IMG/VR virus record: IMGVR_UViG_3300030117_003378
Location: 1-64,000 of that record
Length of the DNA: 64,000 nt
Direction: 5' to 3' (one strand)
Source: a virus
A program made the position numbers and the translations under genes. The notes under the pieces were generated by a model, which was not told where the DNA came from, did no database searches, and was given only the letters and a program-made list of their open reading frames with translations. Shown here in pieces: positions 9,901 through 18,719 of this stretch. Every line of letters starts with the position of its first letter. The first letter of the stretch is position 1.

Positions 9901-11200
9901 TTTTGAGTGTGTAGTAGCCACTAGATTCCGAACCACCTAAAGCATTTGTGCCTGTGACCTGTGTACCATTACAGAACACACGGTATCGGTTGTTGGTGTA
10001 ATCTAGTACGAAATCCATATCAATCCACAAGTCGTCATTGTCATAAGTTTGCTTCGTCGTACCACCGGCTTCCGTGTATAGTTGCCTCAAGAAATCGTAG
10101 TTCAATCCCGACTTTAGACCTTCGTTATCTGCGAAATCCATTGTCCATTCAATCGCGGCAGTGTTGGTGTTGCTTGAGTAACCTAACTCATCCGTAGCAG
10201 ATAGTGTGTCGGAATAACCCACATATAGACTCACTATCGGCGCTCTGCCCGAAGTAGAGCCACCACTACTTGAAACATGACCATTGAACCCACGGACTGC
10301 AAATCTGACTGTAAATATGTCGCCATCATCACGGCTGTTGAGTGTACCGTTGTATGCGATTGCAGGTCTTTTGTGTGTACCTCCACTGTTGTTGATGTGT
10401 GCTTCGTGTGAATTATTGTGAGTAGTATTATTGTTGCTATCTCCGTGGTAGGATGTGATTTGTAGGAATGGTTTTCCAGCAGGGGATTTCACGGGAACCC
10501 AAACCGCGTTGGGTGATTCATCTACCCCTCCGGCTACATCGTGAAATGTTGGTGCGCCTAGGGAGCGAGCCTCAAGTCTTTCTCCCATCCAACAACCCGT
10601 AAGGTGAGCGAACTGTTGATAATCTACTCTTTCTTCGTTAGAGCCGGAATATGTGATTGCACCCGAGTAGTTGGCGTTGTGGTTGTTTTGGCTGAACGAG
10701 TATTTCAAGACTCTACCGTGCGTTGAATCTTGGTCGCCGTTCGGCACAATGTAATCTGCCGCTGTCCTAAAGCCATTTACGAATCTCTGAAATCCACCGA
10801 CGTTGGTTCCAATTGAGTCAGTATCATCGAATCGCATACGGTTTGGGTTGGCAATACCGTCAGGATATTGTAGTTGCGCCATACCCTCCCATCCCGTGTG
10901 CCCGTTGCGTATATCGTCATGCCTAAGCCACTTGTACTCTGCGAGGTTGGCTATGAACTTGGTAGTGGATGTCGTAAGCAATCTGCTTGTTACCGCAGCC
11001 CTCTCGTTGTAAGACCAACGGAAGCGCGGGTTGAGAGTAGCCTCTCCGTTCATCGGGTTGCCGTGGTGGGATGTAACGTGGCTGTATGTGGCCGTGAGAC
11101 TAGGGGAGTTACCATCGTCGGCGATTGCTCGCGCCCCCGTGAAATCGTCGTAATAACCTGCAAGCCAAAACTGATATAGACTATCTACCGCTCTTACCAT
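3947..11200 (-). CDS. giant tail-tip/hub and adhesin protein (2417 aa)
   Basis: Directly after tape measure; hub-like segment PVWRGILDKM..RTIQLTAKD; G/S/T/N-rich beta regions; Pro/Gln linker near C-terminus. Confidence 0.65.
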   Translation of the reverse strand: MVRAVDSLYQFWLAGYYDDFTGARAIADDGNSPSLTATYSHVTSHHGNPMNGEATLNPRFRWSYNERAAVTSRLLTTSTTKFIANLAEYKWLRHDDIRNGHTGWEGMAQLQYPDGIANPNRMRFDDTDSIGTNVGGFQRFVNGFRTAADYIVPNGDQDSTHGRVLKYSFSQNNHNANYSGAITYSGSNEERVDYQQFAHLTGCWMGERLEARSLGAPTFHDVAGGVDESPNAVWVPVKSPAGKPFLQITSYHGDSNNNTTHNNSHEAHINNSGGTHKRPAIAYNGTLNSRDDGDIFTVRFAVRGFNGHVSSSGGSTSGRAPIVSLYVGYSDTLSATDELGYSSNTNTAAIEWTMDFADNEGLKSGLNYDFLRQLYTEAGGTTKQTYDNDDLWIDMDFVLDYTNNRYRVFCNGTQVTGTNALGGSESSGYYTLKNNNVTSANFTPTQMKGWMATVEPQSSSNNENCTIVLMLDRVGLVRPLTDSPEQKGDGWDMPPIRSMKMVSPVDGISNLQIEVSDDPGRDGDNIGSLDTHYGHQLTKLFSTSSNDDWSLLMFADDEGNKHTAREGGGRIDRPVWRGILDKMSVNDNGPKQRTIQLTAKDTLHALDRQVPLWELGQGSLNDDNSAKAYWTDSAKGWNDVFYMGAARLKMLSKTVGFDKDDNYVERTDQRTQLHSSHPIQIYNNESNSGPNSIEEQYEGNTLLGVGIDTSGHTMLLLAGNPGYTTSSDVTVSNTANHNLVATQQPSAVGTYTNPSILPTAPTTTHQFLKFDGTSGSVLAYTRESALIVYAGGYHGDRFTDGSNSPLSASAMYFHFDSDPQLEQGDRFLIPDGGALDNSRPTGLGDGAVGGIYTCRFKSTYTRNNVTYHRVAVFDDEKFSTHSEGHATTGQYNTTDASGYLSGNARIRFTKLGKESGVVRPITNNLIESKAVHAVWVRDLPKSLWFQYHFGQIANAPDATGTIQAATTTDSKYIQIDATAYNAIDTTGGLGEIVDADGTVDTFVWKAKATGGGNYYLIGVQFLSKAHDNGATVNVLTVSDDYKHCWVLWADMRNNGKADADNSQRKDKFGLMFPTSENYEVSLFYDDQFDAMTGEPDRFASLKLGEDCDLWEISSLTDPTTGGAFSKPANYADLQTLTSITDNGSGKARLTVASNHYIFGPSGSLDYYVHVVGSALHDGVHKVSAVGSTTIDLDLDFAGTDNAPAWGYKWGRAIGSETEHRPGGASGSAEPTSPSSNSVYQDWENKGGAFVVVDASKFFNLNTLANNGKSGQDSGGRTDLEDYFASVRGFPKLIDSYWSEAMANFKTVTVPYSQHPNTMWCMSDGTTATNTILQGDTAILVKDASNFPYRGWGEMVATSSGGGSGTTSSTSSSQTTKVSKWFHWSGCVANEITGTMTSGTNTVAGSGATETRTLVDSSGDFINKGIIVGMVVQNNNTNQAAIVREVTSATTLKVFTSEATSAFSSGHTYKFAPQLAGINHVPSGWEQTIVNAGYSSQQILDHLNTQMALRMLVNNAGAPTTFTLNTTNSTSGGYDKVEIFNTIASKFMLRLMMTIEGYVESRGLGTYFESDKMRTLWTAGTLDSWMPRTNFSCIFDINNVPLTMDMTTDGTASNSDSFGSVSDLRGKTVLGSVRTIKESIKAGVDNDTAKSFSYLMGRDGRIELRPNYNSGWAINRDNSLSTKLDADIGAQISHVRVYYNAGRSFADFPVASTTDTTKWKVLDMPSLTSQIEAEAVAKNEYNRVKDSKLKVEVEIMRDTITLEHNKMLTGARYGYIADTTRMVESDATNSNSSAPKYNSWDSLQTGGMPFPGMCNALDGNMATATDIYNRYGQSAQIDTTATAGHSVDWNENWYWYGANSISYAVQIVHVANGIPKVSVGTGEELRVWVALKNGQSGTDIDNAEFLIGISDCSFSGSTTAKGGGGPSLAASLATNGFESVVAKGSGFYEIEVPTSYMIAADTQSKIVVSFNAEYCKALLRHRCGDPTASGILHNAHNISEMMGSNWSATNANSIFPIGMRKYAEMSSVAHGRAAWYAPRIHIVNDLNFIPATTVTYTNKSHDLNSEVLAIQRVNWQIDGRNTERVTLSLERDESRFAGGLGAYLFPVLGDTSRANAPGPPPAPPQPAPDRPPQDGRPQGPSQPDQRPQHPQGGQFPGFGDQTGSHTNIQWSVNNTTKGLHSNIKRRMDMDGATVGEWGILGQNRPAPPASAMSPVEGLNFDVVPESGMAVKTDDGFCLPGKGHPDETGYQEHSISTTLQVPSDAIGESISIFGTISCAPIDLDGSGKTGARQAVLIVEAQCTTDTAKTTVSQNVAIETGTTKSDMALLDQTLLSGISPGSEIKVTVKRKPGTTTTISNQLSRVDGTTTITSSTQADNANEDGVVVHDLSIRFNRASVNVDQTSSRNFGFHDWKNHDNS

Positions 11201-11213
11201 TTTTACACTCTCA

Positions 11214-14200
11214 CTATCTGCTGTCGGAGATGTTGATTCCTCGCAACCCCGCCTCTTCCTCTATCAAATCCATGATTTCCTTCGCAACTTGGTCCGTCGT
11301 CATTCCATTAAATACGTTGGTTTGGATGACCTCTGTTTGGTTAATCAAATTTTCTACTCCTTCATTGATAACCTGCTTCATTAGGTCGCCCGTCAGATTT
11401 GCTGAAGAGAATCCAAAGAACAGTTCTTCTCTTTGGTTGTTAAAATCGAACAACTGCTCGCTGAAGGTAGTCAAGTGTTCTGTCGCACTTTTAATCGGGT
11501 CAACAACCCCTTCATCAAAAACAACACCCATAGTCCGCAAGAACGTCAAAACATCATCGGTACTTTTGAACCCTTGTGTACGCATGAAGTTGAAAAAGTC
11601 TTTTTGCGCCTGACCACCGTTTTTGAAAGACTGTTCCATGAGTGTCATTTCACCGGACAATTCAGAAAGGGGTTTTTCCAAAGGATGAGCAGCGATGAAA
11701 TCAGGCATCAAATCAATACCAAAGAATCCAGCATCCGAAACCCCCTTTTCAAAATCATCAATTTCCTTTTGGAAATCATCTATTTGGAAGTAAGCACGGA
11801 TGTCTCCTTCGTCTAATTGTCCTTCCGTGAATAGGTCGGCAATTGTTTTTGATTGGAGAGTTTGGAAGTTACCCAAAGATTCATTCACCGTGTTTAATTG
11901 AGTGTTCAGCAAGGATGCAGTAGCCCCATCAGCGCCTTCAATCGCCTCTGTCAATTCTCCATATTCTTGCTGCAATCTCTGGATATTTGTTGTTATTTGA
12001 CTCATTGGCATATCTTCGTTTGCCTTAGCGAAGTCAATCGTATCTTGAGTAACAGTTCCCACGATATGACCGTATGATTCGACAGAATCACCAGCGTCGT
12101 CGAAAACACCCGCTGCTTCAAGACCAAAAGAAATAGCCAAACCCGCAAGCACTGCCACTGCACCTAAACCCGTACTAATCAATGCAGCCCTGAAAGCCTT
12201 GGCAGCAGCCGCGCCTCTAAGCATAGAGGCGTTTGCTACATTTTGTGCTGCGGCTTGTCCTTGTAACCCTGTGGTAACAGCACCTATCTGTACCACCATT
12301 GGTATCATAGATGCGGTCATCAGAATGATGCTGGCGCGAGCAGCGTGTTTGCTATCGCCAAACATCATGGTAGCCATAGAAGCCATACCCAAAACCATAC
12401 TAAATTTATTAGCGCTCATGGTGAGTCTGTCTAGTTTAGGTGCTGTGGTTTCAGCACCAGCGGCAACGGCTGGCATTCTTCCCGCCAAAAACCCTAGACC
12501 ACCGGCTGCTTGTAGTGCTTCAACGCCTTGGTCGTGTATATGGAAATTCAACTCTCTCATAGCGTTGGTAAGTGCCTCTTCGACAAGTAGCAACGTTTGC
12601 TTCTGCCCCTCGGTGCCACTCAAAGCGGCCTGTAACTCTTTTTCTAGTGTAACCGACACCGACTTTAGTCTGTGCATTTCTGCCTCGTCATTGGCGCGCT
12701 GCGCTTCTATCTGCTGCCTCTTTATTTCTCTTTGGATGTAAGTATCTTGTGTGAGAATGTATTCCTGTTCCTTTGCGATTAGTTTTTCTAATCCAGCCAA
12801 CCTTCTAAATCCTACTTGACCATACTTTTGTTCGACTTTGACTTGAGCGGATATTTCCAATCCGGTTAATCTATTTATAGCGACTTCTCTATTCTTAATT
12901 GCTGTTTCCTGTGATAAGTTTCGCCTCATCCTCTTCCCGTCTAAATCTGTGGCCTTATCACCCATCTTCATCATAAGGGCGATTTCAGCCTGTAAATTTG
13001 CTTTTTTCTTTGCGTGAAGATTACCTGCACTGTTGAATTCCTCAATAAAATCCTGTTGCTTTTCCATGCTCATCATATCGAACTGCCTACGCAAATCGCT
13101 CGCATCCGTGATGTTTTTCCTGTGAAGCACCATAGAGTTAGCAAAGTTGACTCTAAATGCCATTTGTTGCTCTGTGGTCAAAGCGCGCATAGTGTCTCTT
13201 TCGGCCATGACCATACTTAATCGCATTTGGGCAGAAGTCTTGCCTTCTTGTTCTCCCTGTATCAACATATCTTGGACAGCCAAACGCTCTTTCACTTCGT
13301 TAGTCAATCTTTCATTAGACAATACCTGCTCTTGAAGTGAATCCACAGCAATAGCGTTAGAGAAGGTGATGTTTTGATTTAAAGCCGCCCTCATTTTTTC
13401 CAATATGAAAATTTGGCTCTGCAACATTTGTTGCTGATTCAATCTTCCTGTCAAAGCACCTGTGATTTCGTTTGTTCTCCCATAAACCTGTTTACGCACT
13501 AACTCTGTACCCAACATACTCTTAGTGATTGCTTGTTGCGTCATCAGCGCTACTTTCAGTTGCATCAAGTTGATGAACATATCAAAGGGGCCAGCAGCCA
13601 ACTTACCGAACTGTTGAGCCATGATGACGAATTGCGCGGTTGCACCCCCTACGTTGGTGCCTACGAAATCATTCAAGGCACTTGTGAGTCTACCCTGTGC
13701 CTCTGTAACGTGTGTAAGGGCCGGAAGTAACTCGTTGCCCATTTCCGCTCGATAATTTTTCAGTTGCGCCTCGGCCTTTCTAAACGCAGTTACGTTTTCT
13801 TCAAGTCTCTTATCTACTTCATCCTGTGCCTTCGCTTGGTCGAGAAGTGATTGAATCTGCAATTCCTGTGCGCGGTCAACATTTTCTGCCAACTTCAAGA
13901 ATCGAACATAGTGGTTGTTACCTGCAACAGCCTGTGCGATTGCTTGCTTCTGCGAATCCTCAAGAGTGTCGTAGATACCACTCAAGTCTTTGAGGATGTG
14001 GCTTAGGGCACGCAGGTTGCCCGAAGAATCGTGTGTCGCTACACCGAAGTTCTGCAAAGTAGTTGCCGCACCGTTTGTGTCGGCACCAAGACGAGCATAA
14101 ATCATCTTGAGGGCTCGACCGGCCTTACCCTGTTCTTCACCGGCCTCAATCATAACCGCCGATTGGGCAGCCATCGCCCCTATCGACTCGCCGGTCATAT

Positions 14201-14963
14201 CCGCTTGCGAAGCGAACTGATTCATAACGAATGTTATTTGGCTCATCGTCGCTGCGCTACGATTCTCAATAGTGTTCAGTTGGTCAAGAATAGCCATGCT
14301 GTTGCGACGAACGGTGTTGGATTGCTCTTGGGCGTCTAACAGTAGGTACTGCTGACGAGTCAAGTCGCCATACATGAATCCTGTTTGCTGTTGTAAGTTG
14401 ATAAGGCGTGTCATGGCTGCTTCTGTTTCCATGCCACCAATCAGAGCAAACTTAATACCCACTTCTGTTGCGGCACCCATAGCACCGGTTCCGACGATAC
14501 CCGACAACTGCGCCATACGCGCACCTGCCGCTAGGGATGCGTCGGCAGCGAATCCATACGTTTCACCCATTCTGACGATTTCATCGGTAACTTTTGCTAA
14601 ATTTTCTCCTTCCTGTACGAATTTTTCAAACTCAATTCGGGCATCTGCGACTTCTATGGTCACTTCCTTAAACGAATCAACGAACATCTGTACGTTGTCG
14701 CCTAGCATCTGAAATGACTCTTGTATGCCCGAAAGACCGTCAAGCATAATAGCGTTGAATGCGGCCTGTTTAGCGCCCGCATCCTGAAGCATTCTGTCTG
14801 CTTGGAATGTACCCACAATGTCGAAGAAAACACGCGACGCACCACCACGAAGTTGCATCATGGGGAATAGCGATAGAATAGCGAGAATGACCCAAAGCAG
14901 GTCAATCCATGAATCGCCCCACGACCATGTGGGAATCATCAAATCAGGGGTTGGGAAATCCAT
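11214..14963 (-). CDS. tail tape measure protein
   Basis: 1249 aa, Ala/Gln-rich helical; TP901-like core (AGRALK.I..RL...L..FGV...D.SGNLR.L..IL.DL); hydrophobic segments; follows chaperone pair. Confidence 0.9.
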   Translation of the reverse strand: MDFPTPDLMIPTWSWGDSWIDLLWVILAILSLFPMMQLRGGASRVFFDIVGTFQADRMLQDAGAKQAAFNAIMLDGLSGIQESFQMLGDNVQMFVDSFKEVTIEVADARIEFEKFVQEGENLAKVTDEIVRMGETYGFAADASLAAGARMAQLSGIVGTGAMGAATEVGIKFALIGGMETEAAMTRLINLQQQTGFMYGDLTRQQYLLLDAQEQSNTVRRNSMAILDQLNTIENRSAATMSQITFVMNQFASQADMTGESIGAMAAQSAVMIEAGEEQGKAGRALKMIYARLGADTNGAATTLQNFGVATHDSSGNLRALSHILKDLSGIYDTLEDSQKQAIAQAVAGNNHYVRFLKLAENVDRAQELQIQSLLDQAKAQDEVDKRLEENVTAFRKAEAQLKNYRAEMGNELLPALTHVTEAQGRLTSALNDFVGTNVGGATAQFVIMAQQFGKLAAGPFDMFINLMQLKVALMTQQAITKSMLGTELVRKQVYGRTNEITGALTGRLNQQQMLQSQIFILEKMRAALNQNITFSNAIAVDSLQEQVLSNERLTNEVKERLAVQDMLIQGEQEGKTSAQMRLSMVMAERDTMRALTTEQQMAFRVNFANSMVLHRKNITDASDLRRQFDMMSMEKQQDFIEEFNSAGNLHAKKKANLQAEIALMMKMGDKATDLDGKRMRRNLSQETAIKNREVAINRLTGLEISAQVKVEQKYGQVGFRRLAGLEKLIAKEQEYILTQDTYIQREIKRQQIEAQRANDEAEMHRLKSVSVTLEKELQAALSGTEGQKQTLLLVEEALTNAMRELNFHIHDQGVEALQAAGGLGFLAGRMPAVAAGAETTAPKLDRLTMSANKFSMVLGMASMATMMFGDSKHAARASIILMTASMIPMVVQIGAVTTGLQGQAAAQNVANASMLRGAAAAKAFRAALISTGLGAVAVLAGLAISFGLEAAGVFDDAGDSVESYGHIVGTVTQDTIDFAKANEDMPMSQITTNIQRLQQEYGELTEAIEGADGATASLLNTQLNTVNESLGNFQTLQSKTIADLFTEGQLDEGDIRAYFQIDDFQKEIDDFEKGVSDAGFFGIDLMPDFIAAHPLEKPLSELSGEMTLMEQSFKNGGQAQKDFFNFMRTQGFKSTDDVLTFLRTMGVVFDEGVVDPIKSATEHLTTFSEQLFDFNNQREELFFGFSSANLTGDLMKQVINEGVENLINQTEVIQTNVFNGMTTDQVAKEIMDLIEEEAGLRGINISDSR

Positions 14964-14972
14964 TACTCAACA

Positions 14973-15263
14973 CTACTCGCTATCATCGTCGAACCCGACT
15001 CGCTCAATTGGCATACCTGCCGCTCTGATAGCATCTAGCATATCAGTGTTGGATAAACCTTCCCTCGCTTCACGCTTTCTGTTGCGTCTTGCGACTGCGC
15101 CCTTGGCGTTGCCAGCCGATTTCTTCTTGGCCGCATTCGTAGCCTCTCGGGTCTGTTCCGATATTTCTGCCGCGACCAACAGGTCTAGGTTCATTCGGTG
15201 TGTACCGCCTTCGCAATCGTAGCGGTCCCACAGTTCCGAGGGCAGCGTTCCCTTGAACGCCAT
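14973..15263 (-). CDS. tail assembly chaperone T part, probably expressed as G-T frameshift fusion
   Basis: In the -1 frame relative to the upstream chaperone and open from the slippery site. Confidence 0.75.
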   Translation of the reverse strand: MAFKGTLPSELWDRYDCEGGTHRMNLDLLVAAEISEQTREATNAAKKKSAGNAKGAVARRNRKREAREGLSNTDMLDAIRAAGMPIERVGFDDDSE

Positions 15264-15277
15264 GCAAAGATTCGGGG

Positions 15278-15637
15278 CTACTCGGAAGAAGAGGCCAAAG
15301 GGATTGCGCCCTCCAAATCATCACCACGGATGAAGTAGAGGATGTCACGGCACTCTTCGGATGTCAACGATTCAACGTCAAAATCTTTGTCCATGATGCA
15401 CTTTGGAATCCACTGCTGCATCTGCTGTTCGATTCCACACCCTGCCTCGTCAATCGCCTGTGCAAACTCTTCGTTCTGCTTTGGCGACCACTCGTTCGGG
15501 TCTAAACCAAAGTGTCTAAAATCTCTAAACACTCGGGCCTGTGCCGTTTCAATCTTGAGTTTGTCCATGCCGGAGGCTTGGCGCACCCAAATCTTTGTTC
15601 CATCATTCAATTCAATTTCTTTTTTCAATACGGGCAT
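15278..15637 (-). CDS. tail assembly chaperone G
   Basis: Between tail tube and tape measure; slippery heptamer near 3' end. Confidence 0.75.
   Translation of the reverse strand: MPVLKKEIELNDGTKIWVRQASGMDKLKIETAQARVFRDFRHFGLDPNEWSPKQNEEFAQAIDEAGCGIEQQMQQWIPKCIMDKDFDVESLTSEECRDILYFIRGDDLEGAIPLASSSE
15296..15302 (-). other. programmed -1 ribosomal frameshift site C CCU UUG
   Basis: X XXY YYZ in the correct phase (ATC CCT TTG); -1 frame reads ...GLFFRVAPNLCMAFKGTLP into the next ORF. Confidence 0.8.
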
Positions 15638-15685
15638 ATTTTCATCCTCTTCTCTACACTATCTTTCTCTAAAATCTAATCACTA

Positions 15686-15883
15686 TCAAGCAACGTCATA
15701 CCATACTACTGTCAAGGTTATGTCGTTGCTATCTTTCTTTCTGCTCGTATCGCAAGAAATGATAACATCATTGTTTGCGATTGCGGCCCTAAATGCCGTC
15801 TGCACAGCCGACGCTGTTCCTGTGAATTGGTTGACTTTCAGTTTGGTCTTGTCCGTAATGACAGTTCCACCGTTGTTAGCCAA
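15686..15883 (-). CDS. small hypothetical tail-region protein
   Basis: GAGGTGA SD before TTG start. Confidence 0.5.
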   Translation of the reverse strand: MANNGGTVITDKTKLKVNQFTGTASAVQTAFRAAIANNDVIISCDTSRKKDSNDITLTVVWYDVA

Positions 15884-15892
15884 TCAATCACC

Positions 15893-16945
15893 TCAATATG
15901 TGGAGGTTCGCTGTGCGCCTTTGGTCTTTACAGACATACAGTTGTTACTGTTGTTGATGTCTGCGAGTGCTACGAAGTTTACAGTCATGGTCTGCGTATC
16001 GCGACCACTGACACTTGCTTCAGGTGCTTCAAACCGAAGGTGGAAGAATTTGACCTCGACGTAGTTTGTTCCGGCCTCATCTTTGAAGTTGAGTACCATA
16101 GCGGGCGTCGAGGTTGATTGGTTGATGCTGTGACCGTCTGCTGCAATCAAGTTATCGTATGTTGGCTCGTTGGTGCTACTTGCCGCACTGTGGATAACTT
16201 GGTTGAACTCGATTGTGCCCGTAACCTCTCGCATCTGCACGGGTGGTGCGCGAGTGTATGTCGGGCTACCGATTCCACAGGCGTTGTCTGTATCACGGTT
16301 GAGATTGATTTCAAAGTTTACAGCCTTGACCTTTGCGGTTGCTGTTCCATCAGATGCTTGACCCAAGAACACTGTTCCGTCTGCAAAGTGTAGAGCATCA
16401 ACGGTGTGGAAGGCTACATCGGATGCACCCAAACAGGCGTTTGAGTTGTCGATGGCTAGAGTACCGGATTCTGACTTGCCAACGAAGTCAACGCTCATCA
16501 TAACGTACTCGTTTACTGATGCGCTTAGACTCATTCTGTTCGCACACATTCCGGTGTACTTGTGTTCCTTGTCCTCACGACCCACACGGATTGTGAAGGA
16601 TGGGTATGCGTGCGCGGTTGTCGTATCTCCCTCATCGAAAGTGTGAGCGGAGGAACCGTATGTGTTGTTAGGGAAGAATCCCAAGAAGCACATATTGACG
16701 AAATCGTCAGGTTGTAGTGCCATGTTGACGCCACCTTCGGAAAATTCCTTTCCGGTTACAGATTTTGCTGCGATTGCTCGGCTCATATCAGAGCGAGTCA
16801 GTAGGTCGAATTTGTGTGCGAACGATTCGTCGTCACACTCGCCGTAAAAATACGCTGACGAAGGCGTTGCTTGCGGGTCTGTGCCGTATGTTGATTCCTT
16901 TGCGATTGCCACATAGCGCAGGTCGAATTCACTTGATTGAGCCAT
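15893..16945 (-). CDS. major tail tube protein
   Basis: N-terminal YVAIAKESTYGT; beta-rich; YTGM.ANRMSLS; REVTGTIEF; position upstream of chaperones. Confidence 0.8.
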   Translation of the reverse strand: MAQSSEFDLRYVAIAKESTYGTDPQATPSSAYFYGECDDESFAHKFDLLTRSDMSRAIAAKSVTGKEFSEGGVNMALQPDDFVNMCFLGFFPNNTYGSSAHTFDEGDTTTAHAYPSFTIRVGREDKEHKYTGMCANRMSLSASVNEYVMMSVDFVGKSESGTLAIDNSNACLGASDVAFHTVDALHFADGTVFLGQASDGTATAKVKAVNFEINLNRDTDNACGIGSPTYTRAPPVQMREVTGTIEFNQVIHSAASSTNEPTYDNLIAADGHSINQSTSTPAMVLNFKDEAGTNYVEVKFFHLRFEAPEASVSGRDTQTMTVNFVALADINNSNNCMSVKTKGAQRTSTY

Positions 16946-16985
16946 AGAGAGTTACACCTCTTATGTGTCACCATCCATTGAGTGT

Positions 16986-16999
16986 CTTATCAACGTTTG
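16986..16999 (-). promoter_or_regulatory. putative late promoter CAAACGTTGATAAG
   Basis: BRE/TATA-like, about 41 nt upstream of tail tube ATG; identical 14-mer at 25122-25135. Confidence 0.6.
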
Positions 17000-17012
17000 T
17001 ATAATGTTCGCT

Positions 17013-18092
17013 TTACCGCGTTCTCATGTTGATTCGGCGCATATAGCGCATGGTCAATGTATGCACGCAGACTGTTTCATCATCGTCGCGTTTGGTGTCT
17101 AAATCAGCAGCATAACTGACGATACTGTCAGTGTTGGCGCTCAATCCCGTTTTCGTGTAAAGTTCGTCAAAAACCTCACCAACAATGTTTAGGCAAGAGC
17201 GGTAGGCATCAGAATAATTAGTGCCGCGTGTGGTCACAAAAATAAGCACATCATACTCTTGGATGATTCGACCACCACCTAATGCGTCAAAGGATGGTGA
17301 TTCGATGCCTTTGACAAGAACGTGTATAGCCGGTGCTGAAATACGATTGACCATTTCGGATGAAATGTCATATCCATATACGATACTACTGTCCTCGACC
17401 TGTGTTTTGAGGTAAAGGCGGTTACAATCTCTCAACCTTTCTACGATTGATAGCCCCATGCGCGCAAGGGTGTCCTGTGCAAAGTCGGAAGTCATCAACT
17501 CTTCAGGACTGAAAGCGCCGTGCGTAGAGGCGTACACAGAGCCCCATTTTACAGAACCGTTAGCGTTACCCCACAAGATGCTTTTTGATGACCCTGACGC
17601 CCCTGTAACGGACAGGAAATGGGTAGCCCCGTCGTCATCCTCGATGATTTCACGCATATACAGTTTGGCAGCACCGCCATCCTCAAGAGTCAAGCGAAGA
17701 ATCAGAGTAGTTGGCTCATCTTCAGCCAAACCCAAATCTAAGTCGTGTGTTGTGACTGTGCTTGCGCCTACTAGGTCTAATTTAGAGCGGTTGCCCTTCG
17801 ACCTAACCTCAACCTTATGGGTGCCGTTATCAAGGCTTAGAAGCACCGTACCGTTGCTCGGTATGCTGCTTCCATTGTCCATGTAGAGTGCTGCAACGAT
17901 TGTGTATGAATTTGTGGTCGGTGTAATCGAAAAGGTCTGATTGGAGGTGATAGTCCAATAACCATCAGTAGTAGCGGAACCACCTGTTCCGCTTTTTGTC
18001 CAAACCTGATTGTTGATGTCGCTAGTCGGTGATTCAGGATTGTCGCCGTTCAAACGACTTGTCCAATACTGCGTCTTATCTGCGATAGCCAT
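17013..18092 (-). CDS. tail completion/terminator-like protein with extra N-terminal beta-sandwich domain
   Basis: Immediately upstream of tail tube; C-terminal PAIHV..EYDVLIFV.. pattern; N-terminal lectin-like beta region. Confidence 0.5.
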   Translation of the reverse strand: MAIADKTQYWTSRLNGDNPESPTSDINNQVWTKSGTGGSATTDGYWTITSNQTFSITPTTNSYTIVAALYMDNGSSIPSNGTVLLSLDNGTHKVEVRSKGNRSKLDLVGASTVTTHDLDLGLAEDEPTTLILRLTLEDGGAAKLYMREIIEDDDGATHFLSVTGASGSSKSILWGNANGSVKWGSVYASTHGAFSPEELMTSDFAQDTLARMGLSIVERLRDCNRLYLKTQVEDSSIVYGYDISSEMVNRISAPAIHVLVKGIESPSFDALGGGRIIQEYDVLIFVTTRGTNYSDAYRSCLNIVGEVFDELYTKTGLSANTDSIVSYAADLDTKRDDDETVCVHTLTMRYMRRINMRTR

Positions 18093-18709
18093 TAGTACCC
18101 CATCCCCTTGTTCTTTGCGTGTTTGACAAACTCTTTCGCTAGAATTCTAGGTATTTTATCAGACAGTAGTTTTTCTACAATCCTGTCTGCGGTTTTTGAC
18201 AGCCAATCTGTTCTCGGGAATCCGGGGTGTCTGTGCATTGTTTCACCGGGCAAGTAACCCATTTTGCCGCCAAGAAGTCTCTTGAAAGTACCTGATGCTT
18301 CAATCTCTTTACCCTTTTCATAAGCAGCACTAGATTTGAAGGCGTACACAAATGGGCTCATACCATCTTCTAGCATTTCAGCAAGGTTGATACCGCGAGA
18401 ACCCAAAACACCCGTTACTGTACCATCCTCGGCAACCGATGCGATGAAGGTTTCTGAATCAGTATCATCTACTATTTGCCCGACCTGCAAAGATTGAGCC
18501 ACGGCATCTCCCTGCTCACCGTGCCGTTTCAATCGGGCTTGGGCGTTGCGTTTTTCATCTTGAAATACTTTTTTGATTTCACGGGCCACCAATACACCAG
18601 CCCTTCTTTTGAAGGTTCTAAGCAGTTCATTGACTTTTTCTTGTGGGTAACTTACCTCAAATCTAAGGAAATCACCTGCGTTGCCAATCTTTGTAAATTC
18701 GGTTGCCAC
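18092..18709 (-). CDS. neck protein (HK97 gp10-like)
   Basis: Position; LAEMLEDG...HRHPG.PR.DWL pattern; start reassigned to GTG 18709 after GGTGA SD. Confidence 0.5.
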   Translation of the reverse strand: MATEFTKIGNAGDFLRFEVSYPQEKVNELLRTFKRRAGVLVAREIKKVFQDEKRNAQARLKRHGEQGDAVAQSLQVGQIVDDTDSETFIASVAEDGTVTGVLGSRGINLAEMLEDGMSPFVYAFKSSAAYEKGKEIEASGTFKRLLGGKMGYLPGETMHRHPGFPRTDWLSKTADRIVEKLLSDKIPRILAKEFVKHAKNKGMGY

Positions 18710-18719
18710 AATATCACCT

